Shown here in pieces: positions 62,600-64,000 of a stretch of 64,000 nucleotides of DNA (the first letter of the stretch is position 1; every line of letters starts with the position of its first letter). A program made the translations under genes and the position numbers. A model generated the notes under the pieces. The model had not been told where the DNA came from and did not search any database. It saw nothing but the letters and a program-made list of their open reading frames with translations. Source of the stretch: the human T2T-CHM13v2.0 reference genome, Homo sapiens; assembly GCF_009914755.1 (NCBI RefSeq), contig NC_060929.1. One strand, written 5' to 3'.

Positions 62600-62734
62600 T
62601 TATATGCCAGTGTTCCATTATTGGAAAACTAAGCATGTGGGAGTTATTTATATCCTACTGCTCAAGGTTATTGCCAAGGTCTGATTTTTGATACGTCTAC
62701 AATTCAAAAAATTGCAGCCTCCAGCATAAATGGG
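62600..62734 (+). mobile_element. MER85 (non-autonomous piggyBac, PGBD3 family)
   Basis: agtgttccattattggaa..ctaagcatgtgggagttatttatatcctactgctcaagg..gcataaatggg, followed by the TTAA target (62735-38). The 5' TIR is degraded. Confidence 0.9.
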
Positions 62735-62765
62735 TTAAATAGCCGTCTTAAAAATTCTATCTATA

Positions 62766-63046
<281 letters not shown>

Positions 63047-63559
63047 TTAGATTTCAAAATGTTATTGGAATTATATTAGATGTGTCTTCCTGTATCATAT
63101 TTTTAGAAGGTGAGGATCTATTTCCATCATCTGTACATACCTGTCTTTTAAAAGGAATTTGGTTTATACTGATGAAATCTTCAGATAATATTTGACTATA
63201 TTATTTGCTTTATGTGAGGATAATTTGTATCTTGTAGAATTTTAAATGTAAGTTATTCAGTGTGACATGTAATTATGTTTCATATAGAATTAAATTAAGA
63301 ATATATATAGAATTAAAGGATTTGATTATTGTCAACAGTGAAGTTTTGAAATTTCAAAACCTCATATAGAAAGTAACTTGATCTCAACTTGATATTTAAA
63401 GAAATTGGAAATTAGATAAGCTACAAACTTGTTTTTCATATTGTGACAAAACTATTCTAATAAGGTTAGATGCTGGAAGAGGAGAAAGGAAAATAGACAT
63501 AAAAATTGGCAGAATTATAGCTGTCATGATACTGGTGTGTTAAATTTTAATATAAGTGG

Positions 63560-63898
63560 ATATTAGTTTCCTATTGCTACTATAACAAATTACCATGAAG
63601 TTAGTGGCTTAAAATTACATTCATTTATTATCATGTAATTCTTTAGGTAACAAGTTCAACATGGGTCTCACTGTGCTGAAATGAGGATGTAAGCAAGGCT
63701 GTGTTTTTCTTTTGGAGGCTCTAGGAGAGAATCGATCTGCTTGCCTGTTCCAGCTTCTAGAGGCTGCCTACATTCTTGACTTGTGGTCCCTTCCTACATC
63801 TTCAAAGCCGGCAACATTGCATTTCTGTGACCCTTACTCCAGTTATACTTCTCGCTGACCATAGCCAAGAGAGGTTCTCAGCTTTTAGAAACTTGTAA
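63560..63898 (-). mobile_element. MLT1D/C-type LTR fragment
   Basis: tattagtttcctattgct..taacaaattacca..tagtggcttaaaa..ggaggctctaggagagaatc..ttccagcttctagaggctgcc. Confidence 0.85.
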
Positions 63899-64000
63899 GG
63901 CAAACTCCTGAATAGATAGTATTTATTTCAATATTTTTTTGAAAGAAACTTCATTTTCAAGAATTAAAGTTCAAATAACTCAGTGTAGCTGATGTTCTAG

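Overview
Primate (probably human or ape) AT-rich intergenic or deep intronic DNA, made up mostly of decayed transposable elements. LINE-1 of several ages dominates: L1PA3/4-like, L1PA7/8-like, L1MA and L1M/ME, including two twin-primed 5'-inverted insertions and a three-level nest. Also present are Alu/FLAM copies, MIR, L2, a complete MST (MaLR) provirus, MLT1/MLT2B/LTR40 LTRs, a ~3.6 kb ERVL pol remnant, and DNA-transposon relics (MER58, MER47, MER5A, Kanga/Tc2, MER85). I find no host protein-coding gene, RNA gene or intact TE ORF; the recognisable ORF-track entries are broken TE frames. I cannot support a novel biological system here. The most interesting signal is a recurring set of short, locally templated insertions and fold-back scars (707-769, 3895-3986, 5488-5543, 16210-16227, 19363-19413, 38266-38322), plus two candidate micro 3' transductions. 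Subfamily names come from recalled consensus sequences, not a database run, and boundaries of old elements are approximate.
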